The position numbers and the translations under genes were made by a program. From assembly GCF_000020025.1 (NCBI RefSeq), contig NC_010628.1, positions 2,370,001 through 2,402,000 of the forward strand: a DNA stretch of 32,000 nt, read 5' to 3'. Positions 1 through 8,712 of the stretch are shown piece after piece; position 1 is the first letter of the stretch, and each line of letters begins with the position of its first letter. This stretch comes from Nostoc punctiforme PCC 73102 (GTDB taxonomy: Bacteria; Cyanobacteriota; Cyanobacteriia; Cyanobacteriales; Nostocaceae). The notes under the pieces were generated by a model. That model was not told the DNA's origin. It did no database searches and saw only the letters and a list, made by a program, of their open reading frames with translations.

Positions 1-42
1 CGTGCGGTAAGAGATTAGGGACATAAAAACTGAGAATAAATA

Positions 43-1149
43 ATGAAAAGAATTTTTTCCCAATGTGTAAAGGAAATAGCGCAATTTCGGCGCGATCGCT
101 TAACTTTAGGTTTAGCATTTTTATTGCCATTTTTAACTCTATTAATTTTTGGGTTTGCGATTCGTTTAGAAAGTAAGGATATTCCCCTGATTGTGCAGGA
201 TTTTGACCGCACAAACCTGAGTAGCAGCTATATTGAGCGTTTATATGCTACCAATCAATTTACACCTAAACAATGGTCAGGTGGTAATCCGGCACGAGAT
301 GCAATTGACAGGGGTATTGCAAAAGCGGCAGTGGTTATTCCTCCCCAATTTAGCCGAGATATTCAAGCTGGTAGAAATGCCAAGGTGCAAGTATTAATTG
401 ATGCCACAGATGTTAATAATGCTCGTGTAATTAGAGGTAGCATTCAAAGAGTAACTAATTTCTTCATGCGAGACCAAGGATTAATACCAGATACAAATAT
501 TGTTACACCGCGAGTCCGCTTGTGGTTTAACCCTGGTAGATTGGAGTCGTTGTACATTGTGCCGGGAACCTACGGTGTAGTCTTGTGGATTTTTCCTTCA
601 TTGCTAACAGCGATCGCAATGGTACGTGAAAAAGAAAAAGGTACAATTTTACAAGTCTATGCTTCTAGCATTAGTGCAACCGAACTGTTACTTGGCAAAG
701 GACTAGCTTATCTGCTAATTGCGATTACAGAAGCCTTAATAGTCATGGGATTAGGGTCAATAATTTTTCATATCGGCATAATTAGTAACCCGATCACTTT
801 ATTAATAGGAACTCTACTCTTTTTAATAGATAGTGTTTCCTTTGGTTTACTTGTAGGGGTACGTAGCAGTAACCAAAATTCCGCAGTGCAAATTGTTTCT
901 CTTGTCGGTTTTATTACATCTTTATTACTATCTGGTTTTATTTATCCCCTGAGTAATATTCCTTTTCCCCTTTCACTAACACCTAACGTATTTCCTGCGC
1001 GTTATTACATTGATATCACCCGTGACGCTTTTGTGCGTGGTACGGGATGGACAGGAGTTTGGTTTGACTTACTCATGCTTGCAGTTTTGGGATTTGTATT
1101 TTTTAACGTAGCGCGTCGGCTTTTAAGTCGAATGCAAATTAGTCAATAG
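43..1149 (+). CDS. ABC-2 type transporter permease (YbhS/YbhR-like), first of a tandem pair
   Basis: 368-aa ORF. It has one N-terminal TM helix, a large soluble loop and a C-terminal cluster of about 5 TM helices, which is the typical ABC-2 membrane-protein layout. It is paralogous to the next ORF. The ATPase partner is presumably upstream of the window. Confidence 0.85.
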   Translation: MKRIFSQCVKEIAQFRRDRLTLGLAFLLPFLTLLIFGFAIRLESKDIPLIVQDFDRTNLSSSYIERLYATNQFTPKQWSGGNPARDAIDRGIAKAAVVIPPQFSRDIQAGRNAKVQVLIDATDVNNARVIRGSIQRVTNFFMRDQGLIPDTNIVTPRVRLWFNPGRLESLYIVPGTYGVVLWIFPSLLTAIAMVREKEKGTILQVYASSISATELLLGKGLAYLLIAITEALIVMGLGSIIFHIGIISNPITLLIGTLLFLIDSVSFGLLVGVRSSNQNSAVQIVSLVGFITSLLLSGFIYPLSNIPFPLSLTPNVFPARYYIDITRDAFVRGTGWTGVWFDLLMLAVLGFVFFNVARRLLSRMQISQ

Positions 1150-1189
1150 TCAATAGTCATTTGTCATTGGTCATTGGTAGTTAGTTATC
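1141..1189. repeat. STRR-type heptamer tandem repeat (agtcaat/agtcatt/tgtcatt/ggtcatt, TT(G/T)GTCA family), 7 units
   Basis: Direct reading shows 7 consecutive 7-nt units. They span the stop codon of the first permease and the spacer before the second. Confidence 0.75.
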
Positions 1190-1203
1190 AGCCTTAATCA
1201 TAT

Positions 1204-2325
1204 ATGAAATATATTTGGCAATTATTTGATAGTCCATTGTGGTCATTAGTGCGTAAAGAAATTAATCAAATTCTGCGAAACAGGCAATTGATTGTTTTAT
1301 TAATTGTGCCACCAACAGTACAATTATTGCTTTACGGATTTGCACTTAACCCGGATGTACATAATTTACGACTGGGTGTAATTGACTATGCTAATATCTC
1401 CGCCAGTCGAGAACTAGTTTCAGCAATGACATCCAATCACACTTTTAACTTAGAAAGTGTACCAAAAAGTGAAAAAGATTTAAGCCGTCAAGTAGAAGAA
1501 GGTAAGCTAGATGTAGGACTAATAATTCCACCAAATTTCCCCCGCCAACTAGCTAATAAATCAGCAGAAATTCAAGTATTTATCGATGGAGTGAATGCAA
1601 ATACAGCCGGAATTGCTGCTAACTATGTTAATCAAATTATCCAACAATATAATTTCAGTTTGGCACAGGGTCAAATCAGTCCGCCAGTTTCAACCGAAGT
1701 CGTTTTTCTTTACAATCCTGGGCTTACAAGTAGTTGGTTTTTTGTACCGGGAGTTATGGGTTTAGTCCTGACATTAATCGGCACATTAGTATCAGCAGTA
1801 ACCGTTGTGCGCGAGAAAGATACAGGAACTTTAGAGCAATTGTTAATGACTCCCTCTAGCAATTGGGAAATTTTATTAGCTAAAATTATCCCGTTGGCAT
1901 TCCTGCTCATGGGAGATGTGCTACTAGCTTTAACCTTGGGAACAATCGTATTTAGCCTACCCTTCCGTGGAAGCTTTTTGCTCTTTCTTGCTTTATCAAG
2001 TATGTATGTATTTGTAGGAATTAGTTTAGGCATTATGCTGGCAACTATTTGCGGTTCTCAACAACAAGTATTACTCACATCTTTTTTTATAAATTTACCA
2101 ATGATCCAAACTTCTGGAGCAATATCTCCTATTGAATCCATGCCTCCTTTATTTCAATTCCTCTCTCTATTTAATCCACTTCGTCATTACATTACTATTG
2201 TTAGAGGTATTTTACTCAAAGGAGTTGGTTTAGATGTGCTGTGGTTGAATGTTCTAGCTTTGCTTGGTTTTGCTGTTGTTTTATTAACTATTAGTGTTCA
2301 TAAGTTTCGGAGTCAGTTAAGTTAA
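1204..2325 (+). CDS. ABC-2 type transporter permease, second of the pair
   Basis: 373-aa ORF with the same topology as the previous ORF and the same conserved VREKE/VREKD-TGT(L/I) segment after the loop. The 54-nt spacer suggests an operon. Confidence 0.85.
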   Translation: MKYIWQLFDSPLWSLVRKEINQILRNRQLIVLLIVPPTVQLLLYGFALNPDVHNLRLGVIDYANISASRELVSAMTSNHTFNLESVPKSEKDLSRQVEEGKLDVGLIIPPNFPRQLANKSAEIQVFIDGVNANTAGIAANYVNQIIQQYNFSLAQGQISPPVSTEVVFLYNPGLTSSWFFVPGVMGLVLTLIGTLVSAVTVVREKDTGTLEQLLMTPSSNWEILLAKIIPLAFLLMGDVLLALTLGTIVFSLPFRGSFLLFLALSSMYVFVGISLGIMLATICGSQQQVLLTSFFINLPMIQTSGAISPIESMPPLFQFLSLFNPLRHYITIVRGILLKGVGLDVLWLNVLALLGFAVVLLTISVHKFRSQLS

Positions 2326-2331
2326 ACTGTA

Positions 2332-3381
2332 CTATCTCATTAATTCTAACAACATCTGTTCAAGAATATCTTCCATAATTTCTTCGTCTAAGGAGTGTGG
2401 AGTTGGTGGCCCACCGAGAAATTCTTTGATAGTAATCTTCTGCTCTCTAAAGTCCTTGACAAAATCGCGGATTTGAGAAATAACATTCATTTGAGATTCT
2501 ATTGTTTTTAGCATCAAAGATATAGAGTCAATGCCTTTTTTAGCAGCTTTCCGAGAATCACTTACCATAGTTCCTTCTGGAGTATTTTTTGCTAAACGTA
2601 GTTCCCGTTTCAAGTTTTCATATTGAGTGAGGAGAATTTGATTTTGCTGTTCTATAGTTCGACATTTACGAGTTAAATCATCCTCGTTATTAAAATCAAT
2701 AACTTCTCCCACCTGCTGAATTCGCTCAATTTCTAAAAGTCTTGCCAAATCTCCTTCTTGGTAGGCTTTATTGATTGATTTCATGATTTCTGTATGATAT
2801 ATCTGTGTCTCGCTGTCTCTTGTCTTATCAGGGTGAAAGATTTCAGCTAATCTGAGAAATGTTTCCCGAATTTTTCTCTTATCCTCTGTTCTCGCTACAG
2901 AGGGAGATTCTACAGACTGTTGTGCTTGCCAATATTGATGGCTACCTTCAGCCGCTTCGTCTGAAAAATCTGATTCGGATTCGGAATTATTAAATAGTTC
3001 GTTTAACTCTGTATTGAATTGTTTGCGATTTGCATTTGGACTAATAATCCCTGTCAACTGGAGTTCAAGGTAAACTGCCTCTATATTTTTGATGGTTTGT
3101 TTGCCAAACTTCCTAGTGGTAAAAATTTCATCAAATAGAGCATGAATATCTCGGTCTAACTCAGCCATTTTTTGAACGTGGGGACTAGCTTGATGCAATA
3201 TTTCTGTGGCAAAAGTTCGCATTTGCTCGACAAAATTGTTCAATTCCGTTCGCTTTCTCTTAATCTGCTTAAGTAGCGATTTATGTTCTGTTTCTAAAAA
3301 CTCCAAGCGGATATGTAATTGAGAGAGGGCTAATGGAGTTACTTCAGTTGATTGTAATGGAAGTGATTTTTTGCGAGCCAT
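2332..3381 (-). CDS. J-domain (DnaJ-like) protein with coiled-coil regions
   Basis: 349-aa ORF. It carries a J-domain signature with the HPD tripeptide (FLRLAEIFHPDKTRD...INKAYQEGDLARL). The flanking regions are charged and heptad-like. Confidence 0.8.
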   Translation of the reverse strand: MARKKSLPLQSTEVTPLALSQLHIRLEFLETEHKSLLKQIKRKRTELNNFVEQMRTFATEILHQASPHVQKMAELDRDIHALFDEIFTTRKFGKQTIKNIEAVYLELQLTGIISPNANRKQFNTELNELFNNSESESDFSDEAAEGSHQYWQAQQSVESPSVARTEDKRKIRETFLRLAEIFHPDKTRDSETQIYHTEIMKSINKAYQEGDLARLLEIERIQQVGEVIDFNNEDDLTRKCRTIEQQNQILLTQYENLKRELRLAKNTPEGTMVSDSRKAAKKGIDSISLMLKTIESQMNVISQIRDFVKDFREQKITIKEFLGGPPTPHSLDEEIMEDILEQMLLELMR

Positions 3382-3585
3382 GAAACACGTATGTAAGTTT
3401 AAGGTTTAAAATGTAATTGTCAAAGTTGTTTTGTCAATTCGAAAAGAACATATCTAGTGATAATACATGAACGGTGGATACTTTTTTTGTCAAGAATTTC
3501 TGTGATGGGCATAGGTCAGATCATATATATTGTTACTATCGGGAAGCGCACTATGCGAGAAAAATTATAAAATATCACGATAAGA

Positions 3586-4236
3586 ATGACACCACAAGAC
3601 ACACGACAATACGCACCAGCAACTGAGCGCAACCGAGAAGCAATTCTAGAAATACTTTTGCAGGTATTACCCGAAAGTGGCACTATTTTAGAAATAGCAA
3701 GTGGTACTGGTGAACACGCAGTCTTTTTTGCATCCAGATTAAGTCCTCGCCAGTGGCTACCAACAGATGCAAATTTAGAGTTACGAGCCAGCATTAGTGC
3801 ATGGACTGAACACAACGCCTGTGATAACGTTTATCCACCGCTTGAGCTAGATGTTAGAGAGCCAGTTTGGGCTGTGGAGCAAGGGGAAGTAACTCAGTGG
3901 CTTGATAGAGAGCCAATTGTCGCCATTGTCAACATTAATATGATTCACATTTCACCGTGGTCAGCCTGTTTGGGGCTAATGGCAGGGGCAGGCCGTATCC
4001 TAAAAGCAGGAGGTATCCTCTATTTGTATGGCCCCTTCAAACAAGGTGGCGAACATACAGCAGCGAGTAATGCAGCTTTTGACGAATATTTACACGCCCA
4101 AAACCAAGAATGGGGTGTGCGAAACTTGGATGATGTAGTGGTAGCAGCTAGGGCAGAACATTTCATTTTGAAACAGATTTACCAAATGCCAGCCAATAAT
4201 CTTTCAGTCGTGTTTGAACGTTCCGCTAATGAATAA
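3586..4236 (+). CDS. DUF938-family SAM-dependent methyltransferase
   Basis: 216-aa ORF. The N-terminus YAPATERNREAILEIL...ILEIASGTGEHAVFFA matches the DUF938 pattern as I remember it, including the glycine-rich SAM-binding motif. Confidence 0.7.
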   Translation: MTPQDTRQYAPATERNREAILEILLQVLPESGTILEIASGTGEHAVFFASRLSPRQWLPTDANLELRASISAWTEHNACDNVYPPLELDVREPVWAVEQGEVTQWLDREPIVAIVNINMIHISPWSACLGLMAGAGRILKAGGILYLYGPFKQGGEHTAASNAAFDEYLHAQNQEWGVRNLDDVVVAARAEHFILKQIYQMPANNLSVVFERSANE

Positions 4237-4249
4237 TTCCTGGAAATAA

Positions 4250-5253
4250 TAGAGTTGTCGGGAAATAAAAGATAAGTGAGGCAATGCTGGTCTTGTAATT
4301 GGGATTCTCTTAAGCAGCCATCAAGTAGAAGTTCCATAATCCTGCTGCGGTCAGCATCAAATGGTCATCAAAGTTTTCAATCCGATTACGATAAATGACA
4401 CTGGCGGCGTTGTAGCGCTTCACACCAGCAAAGGCATTTTCGCAAACTACACGGGATTGACTCAATTGACGATTCTCCGTTTTTTGAAGGTCACTTAACT
4501 TGCCCCCTTTGGGCTTTTTGTGAGGAAGATGGAGATTGTCATACTGCTTCTGTAATCCCTGAAAGCCCGAGTCTACTTCAATCGGAATTTCATCAGGCAC
4601 ACTACCTGCAATGTCATCTTCGTCATGAAAACGTTTGTCATGCAGTTTGCCTTCTCGTGCTTTGCTTAAGATCAAGACCCGTTTGGTTTCATCAACTGCC
4701 GCCAAGTGTTTACGCGTATGACGTTTCTTTTTACCGGAGTAATTCTGTTGTTGTTGTTCTCTTTCTTGAGGTCGCGCAATTGGGCGTTCTGTCCCATCAA
4801 TCATCACTCGTTGCACTCCTGGAAAGCGTGACAAAAATGCTTCAATGCTTTGGAGATGGCGTTCCGGCAGCGCCATCTTCTGTCCCAAAGCCGCTTCTAA
4901 TATTGGCTGCAATCGATGCATCCACTCATGTGCCTGGGAGCGATGCATATCAAAGAGCAGTCCCGCCACATCAAAGGTCGGATAACATTTGAAATAGAAA
5001 AGGATGAAAAACAATTTGTCTTGGGCTGTAAGTAAGCGGGCTTTGCGTCCTCCACCCAGGCCACGTTGACGAGGCTTGGCCTGTTGAGTATCTAGGTACA
5101 TCGTGGTAAACGTGGGCAAAAGGGCATCAAATGCTTTCCGGTTCAACCCAGTTAATGCCCTCAACAGTCGGTCTTGCTTCAGCGCACCTTCAATATTCAG
5201 CATCATTCTTCCCTACCACTGCTGTCTATTCTCTCTTATTTCCCGACAAGTCT
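4250..5253 (-). mobile_element. Intact IS5-superfamily (DDE_Tnp_4 / Harbinger-like) insertion sequence, about 1.0 kb
   Basis: Imperfect terminal inverted repeats: TAGAgTTGTCGGGAAATAA at 4250-4268 pairs with TTATTTCCCGACAAgTCTA at 5235-5253. They flank a single transposase ORF. Confidence 0.8.
4310..5206 (-). CDS. IS5/Harbinger-type DDE transposase
   Basis: 298-aa ORF. It has an N-terminal HTH region and a DDE triad context (MIDGTE ... EVDSGFQG ... VVCENAFAGVKRY) typical of the DDE_Tnp_4 family. Confidence 0.85.
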   Translation of the reverse strand: MMLNIEGALKQDRLLRALTGLNRKAFDALLPTFTTMYLDTQQAKPRQRGLGGGRKARLLTAQDKLFFILFYFKCYPTFDVAGLLFDMHRSQAHEWMHRLQPILEAALGQKMALPERHLQSIEAFLSRFPGVQRVMIDGTERPIARPQEREQQQQNYSGKKKRHTRKHLAAVDETKRVLILSKAREGKLHDKRFHDEDDIAGSVPDEIPIEVDSGFQGLQKQYDNLHLPHKKPKGGKLSDLQKTENRQLSQSRVVCENAFAGVKRYNAASVIYRNRIENFDDHLMLTAAGLWNFYLMAA

Positions 5254-5762
5254 AATTTCTTAGTGGATATAATTCAATTCAAAATAATTGCAGATATGTA
5301 AATTTTCTGGCTACTTTCTGCTTTGCTACCTCAAGGCTACATATAGGACTCATATTTGATTGCGTGAAAAAACTCCGTACAACTCAAAAAACCTTCTTTC
5401 CTATTGCCTCTTGCCTTCCCACGCAAGTAAGTATGGCTACGCCACGCTGCGCGAACAAAAATAAAAACGGATTCCTATAGCTTGGAAAGCAATTGATGAG
5501 AAAACTATCCAAGCTATTCACAAGTTCCTCTAACTATTTGTCTATAATTCAAGACTCAGGGCATTCCAGAAGCGAACTTGTCTTTTTTGGTGATTGTGCT
5601 GTTACTGGTAATGTTACTGCTCTACACAATCCTTTAGGTAGTGCCGAACCTGTTCTACTTAGAAGGACATGAATTTATCAAGTTTGATTAACTTCACAAG
5701 TTACTCAGATTCTTTATCTAAGTTGAAAGTGAGGCAATCACAAAATAATTTTAGAAGCAATT

Positions 5763-6377
5763 ATGTTGAAAGCATCTGACATTATGACTAGAGATGTTGC
5801 TACGATTCACAGTTCAGCAACAGTGGCTGAAGCAGTTAGACTCTTGAGAGCAAGGGACTGGAAAGCACTGGTTGTAGATCGCCGCCATAAACAGGATGCC
5901 TACGGGATGATTACTGAAAAGGATATTGTATATAAAGTAATTGCTTATGGTAAAGATCCCTTTAGTGTGCGTGTTCATGAAGTGATGACCAAGCCTTGTA
6001 TAGTTGTCAATCCTGAACTTTCTTTAGAATACGTAGCGCGGTTATTTGCCGACCATAATTTGCAGAGAGCGCCCGTTATTCAGGGCGAACTACTGGGTAT
6101 TATTTCCCTGGTTGACATTCTAGCTAATATTAACTTTCTTGAGCAACCCCATACTTTCCAGCTAGAACAACAGCTTCAGGACGAAATTAAAAAAGCTCAT
6201 ATCGTTTGCGATCGCCAAGGCATCTATTCAGAAGAATGTGCTGTTGCTTGGGATGCGATCGAGGAATTACAAGCCGAAATAGCACATCAACGGGCCGAGA
6301 AAGTCGTGAAAACAGCCTTTGAAGAATATTGCGATGAATATCCACAAGCTAAAGAAATTTATGACAATCGGGTCTAG
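5763..6377 (+). CDS. CBS-domain pair fused to a C-terminal CP12 domain (CBS-CP12)
   Basis: 204-aa ORF. The N-terminal tandem CBS motifs begin IMTRDVATI, with the second around VMTKPCIVV. The C-terminus VCDRQGIYSEECAVAWDAIEELQAEIAHQRA...FEEYCDEYPQAKEIYDNRV carries the CP12 core AWDxxEEL. Confidence 0.85.
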   Translation: MLKASDIMTRDVATIHSSATVAEAVRLLRARDWKALVVDRRHKQDAYGMITEKDIVYKVIAYGKDPFSVRVHEVMTKPCIVVNPELSLEYVARLFADHNLQRAPVIQGELLGIISLVDILANINFLEQPHTFQLEQQLQDEIKKAHIVCDRQGIYSEECAVAWDAIEELQAEIAHQRAEKVVKTAFEEYCDEYPQAKEIYDNRV

Positions 6378-6510
6378 TGGTTGACCTGAGATAGTTATGA
6401 AAAAATCTTTCCATAGTTTCACTCAGTGGGGCTGCGACTAATCCAATGCAGACAATCACCCATCCCCACGTAGAATCCTGCATCGCTTGATGCAGAAATT
6501 GACGAAAGGT

Positions 6511-6783
6511 GATCGCCGATATAACTTTTGGACTCGCAAAAGTAACAAATGCGACTGCAAATCTAACTATTGCACTCGCAAAAGTAACAAATGCGATCGC
6601 CGATCTAACTTTTGGACTCGCAAAAGCAACAAATGCGATCGCCGATCTAACTTTTGGACTCGCAAAAGCAACAAATGCGACTACCGATCTAACTTTTGGA
6701 CTCGCAAAAGCAACAAATACGACTACCGATCTAACTATTGCACTTGCAAAAGTAACAAATGCGATCGCCGATCTAACTTTTGC
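6511..6783. repeat. 42-bp tandem repeat, 6.5 copies (consensus gatcgccgatctaacttttggactcgcaaaagcaacaaatgc)
   Basis: Units fall at 6511, 6553, 6595, 6637, 6679, 6721 and 6763 (the last is partial). Units 3 and 4 are identical. Several units contain a HIP1 site. Confidence 0.9.
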
Positions 6784-7120
6784 GTGGGGCGTAGCTGGCT
6801 GTTATTACGTATTTAGTTGCAAGTTCGCCAGCTGCGAGGATTGCTGCTAGCAGTACCTGTAAACGTTTATTTCCCAAACTAGGAAAAGTAAATTTTCTTC
6901 TCCAACCCAATTCTTTTAACCAGTCTTCTACTGTTTCGGGACGGTTGTCGGGTTGTAGTTCCATTGCGTGGAGAATGGCTTGATTAACGCGATCGCTAAT
7001 CCGATCGTTTAATTCCACCGAAGGAATTGAACGCTTATTGCTATCTTGGCGCTCAATAGCACTTTCTGGCAGTTTTCCTGTTAATGAAAAATATAATATG
7101 ACGCGATCGCAAAAGTTGTG
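6773..7120 (-). pseudogene. 5'-truncated remnant of a Ser/Thr protein kinase (C-lobe end plus TM segment)
   Basis: The minus frame is open from 7120. Translation is ...LYFSLTGKLPESAIE...RISDRVNQAILHAMELQPDNRPETVEDWLKELG, then a hydrophobic LQVLLAAILAAG. This resembles kinase subdomains X-XI, and no N-lobe is present upstream. The frame stops at 6773, but a different minus frame stays open through the 42-bp repeats down to about 6340. Confidence 0.5.
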
Positions 7121-7341
7121 TTATAAAAACGGGCAAAGTCTTACCAAAATACGAAAGTCTTTACTATGAAGCTTTTTCGTTAAATACCTCTGAGGATTTC
7201 TGTATTTTTCCCCAATCGCTGACGTATAGTCTAAATTTTTCGTTAAATGCGTAATTCCTACACTAATGGAATCAAATGATACTGTCAGCAATCAACCTTT
7301 AGCGTTTAATCATCAGTAATCTTTAAAAAATCGAAAAAATA

Positions 7342-8661
7342 ATGTTAAGTATCCCTATTAACTTAAATTTACCTCGTATACCCCATTTAATAACTTCCTT
7401 ACCTGGACCTCTTGCTCAAGCAATTGTACAGCGCGATCGCGCCGTAACTTCCCCTTCTTACACCCGTGATTATCCGTTAGTTGTATCTCGCGGACAAGGC
7501 TGTATGGTAGAAGATGTGGATGGCAATGTATTTCTGGATATGACCGCAGGTATTGCTGTTACCGCCACCGGACACGCCCACCCGGAAGTCGTCAAAGCAA
7601 TTCAAGAACAATCCGAACGTCTGCTGCACATGTCAGGGACAGATTTTTATTATGAACCGATGGTGGAACTGGCGGAACAACTAGCGATTCGCGCCCCTTT
7701 TCCTCAACCACAGGGTAACAGTGCATTCCCGGCAAAAGTATTTTTCACCAATTCTGGGGCAGAGTCAAATGAAGGAGCGCTAAAACTAGCTAAATATTAC
7801 ACCAAGCGATCGCTAATTGTGGCTTTCTTAGGCGCATTTCACGGACGCACTTATGGGGCAATGTCTCTCACGGGTTCTAAAGCAGTGCAGCGAGCGAATT
7901 TTGGGCCTTTAGTTCCTGGGGTAACTCATATCCCTTATGGGACTCACGCCAGCTTAGATTACCTGGAACAACAGCTATTTGGGACAATTTTACCACCGCA
8001 AGAAGTAGCCGCGATTGTAGTTGAGCCGATTCAAGGAGAGGGTGGTTATATCGTACCAGAGGATGGTTTTTTAAAACGGATTCGGGATATTTGCGATCGC
8101 CACGGTATTCTGATGGTAGTGGATGAAGTGCAAGCGGGAATGGGGCGGACAGGTCGCTTATTTGCGATCGAGCATTGGGGAGTGATGCCTGATATTATTA
8201 CTACTGCTAAAGGTATCGCCAGTGGTTTGCCATTAGGAGCGATACTTGCAAAACCTGAGTTAATGACTTGGCCTCCTGGTTCTCACGCTACTACATTTGG
8301 CGGAAATCCCGTTGCTTGTGCTGCCGGTATTGCTACACTGCGATTGTTAGAAAGTGGTTTGATGGCAAACGCTACCCAAATGGGAGAACTTTTACAAGCT
8401 AGCCTTAGTGAGTTGCACCAAAGATTTCCGAGAGTATCGCCGCCACGAGGTAAAGGTTTGATGGTTGCAGTGGATTTATTGGATGAACAAGGTAATCTAG
8501 ATCGTGAATTGCGCGATCGCATTATTCAAGAAGCTTTTTTACGCGGTTTATTATTACTAGGTTGCGGTAAAGCAGCAATTCGTTTCTGTCCCCCTCTAGT
8601 TATCGACAGCGACCAAATTCAAATAGCCCTTCAGATTATCAGCAACATTCTAACTTCTTAA
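7342..8661 (+). CDS. Class-III PLP-dependent aminotransferase (GabT/ArgD-like, acetylornithine/4-aminobutyrate aminotransferase family)
   Basis: 439-aa ORF with motifs FTNSGAESNEGALKLA, DEVQAGMGRTG, the PLP-lysine context ITTAKGIASG, and TFGGNP. Confidence 0.85.
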   Translation: MLSIPINLNLPRIPHLITSLPGPLAQAIVQRDRAVTSPSYTRDYPLVVSRGQGCMVEDVDGNVFLDMTAGIAVTATGHAHPEVVKAIQEQSERLLHMSGTDFYYEPMVELAEQLAIRAPFPQPQGNSAFPAKVFFTNSGAESNEGALKLAKYYTKRSLIVAFLGAFHGRTYGAMSLTGSKAVQRANFGPLVPGVTHIPYGTHASLDYLEQQLFGTILPPQEVAAIVVEPIQGEGGYIVPEDGFLKRIRDICDRHGILMVVDEVQAGMGRTGRLFAIEHWGVMPDIITTAKGIASGLPLGAILAKPELMTWPPGSHATTFGGNPVACAAGIATLRLLESGLMANATQMGELLQASLSELHQRFPRVSPPRGKGLMVAVDLLDEQGNLDRELRDRIIQEAFLRGLLLLGCGKAAIRFCPPLVIDSDQIQIALQIISNILTS

Positions 8662-8670
8662 AAGATGATC

Positions 8671-8705
8671 AATAACAAATGACCAATGACCAATGACAAA
8701 TGACA
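8671..8705. repeat. STRR heptamer repeat (aataaca/aatgacc/aatgacc/aatgaca/aatgaca)
   Basis: Five consecutive heptamers make up almost the whole 51-nt spacer between the aminotransferase and the DUF1338 gene. Confidence 0.75.
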
Positions 8706-8712
8706 AATTTAT

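Noticed and set aside
1710-2033. Antisense ORF inside the second ABC-2 permease. The same applies to similar antisense or shadow ORFs at 15..212, 4657..4992, 8283..8522, 9155..9435, 10888..11109, 13616..13807, 15724..16374, 17517..17705, 18667..19006, 20210..21908, 23416..23640, 24126..24308, 26164..26403, 28046..28261, 29670..29885 and 30427..31188.
   Set aside because: All of them lie within, or opposite to, longer ORFs that have clear family motifs. None shows a recognisable domain, so they are typical shadow ORFs.
3382-3585. Three TTGTCAA motifs in the divergent spacer between the J-domain and DUF938 genes, as a possible operator
   Set aside because: The motif is the common STRR-type heptamer seen in other spacers of this window. 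There is no dyad symmetry or positional evidence for a specific binding site.
3516-3815. 99-aa minus-strand ORF overlapping the DUF938 gene start
   Set aside because: It is antisense to a well-supported gene and has a low-complexity, unrecognisable sequence.
6487-6850. Two overlapping plus-strand ORFs (109 and 113 aa) across the 42-bp repeat
   Set aside because: They stay open only because the repeat unit lacks stops in several frames. They have no credible start context (GTG directly abutting a purine run). One of them ends antisense to the kinase-remnant TM segment. I kept this as a repeat plus pseudogene instead.
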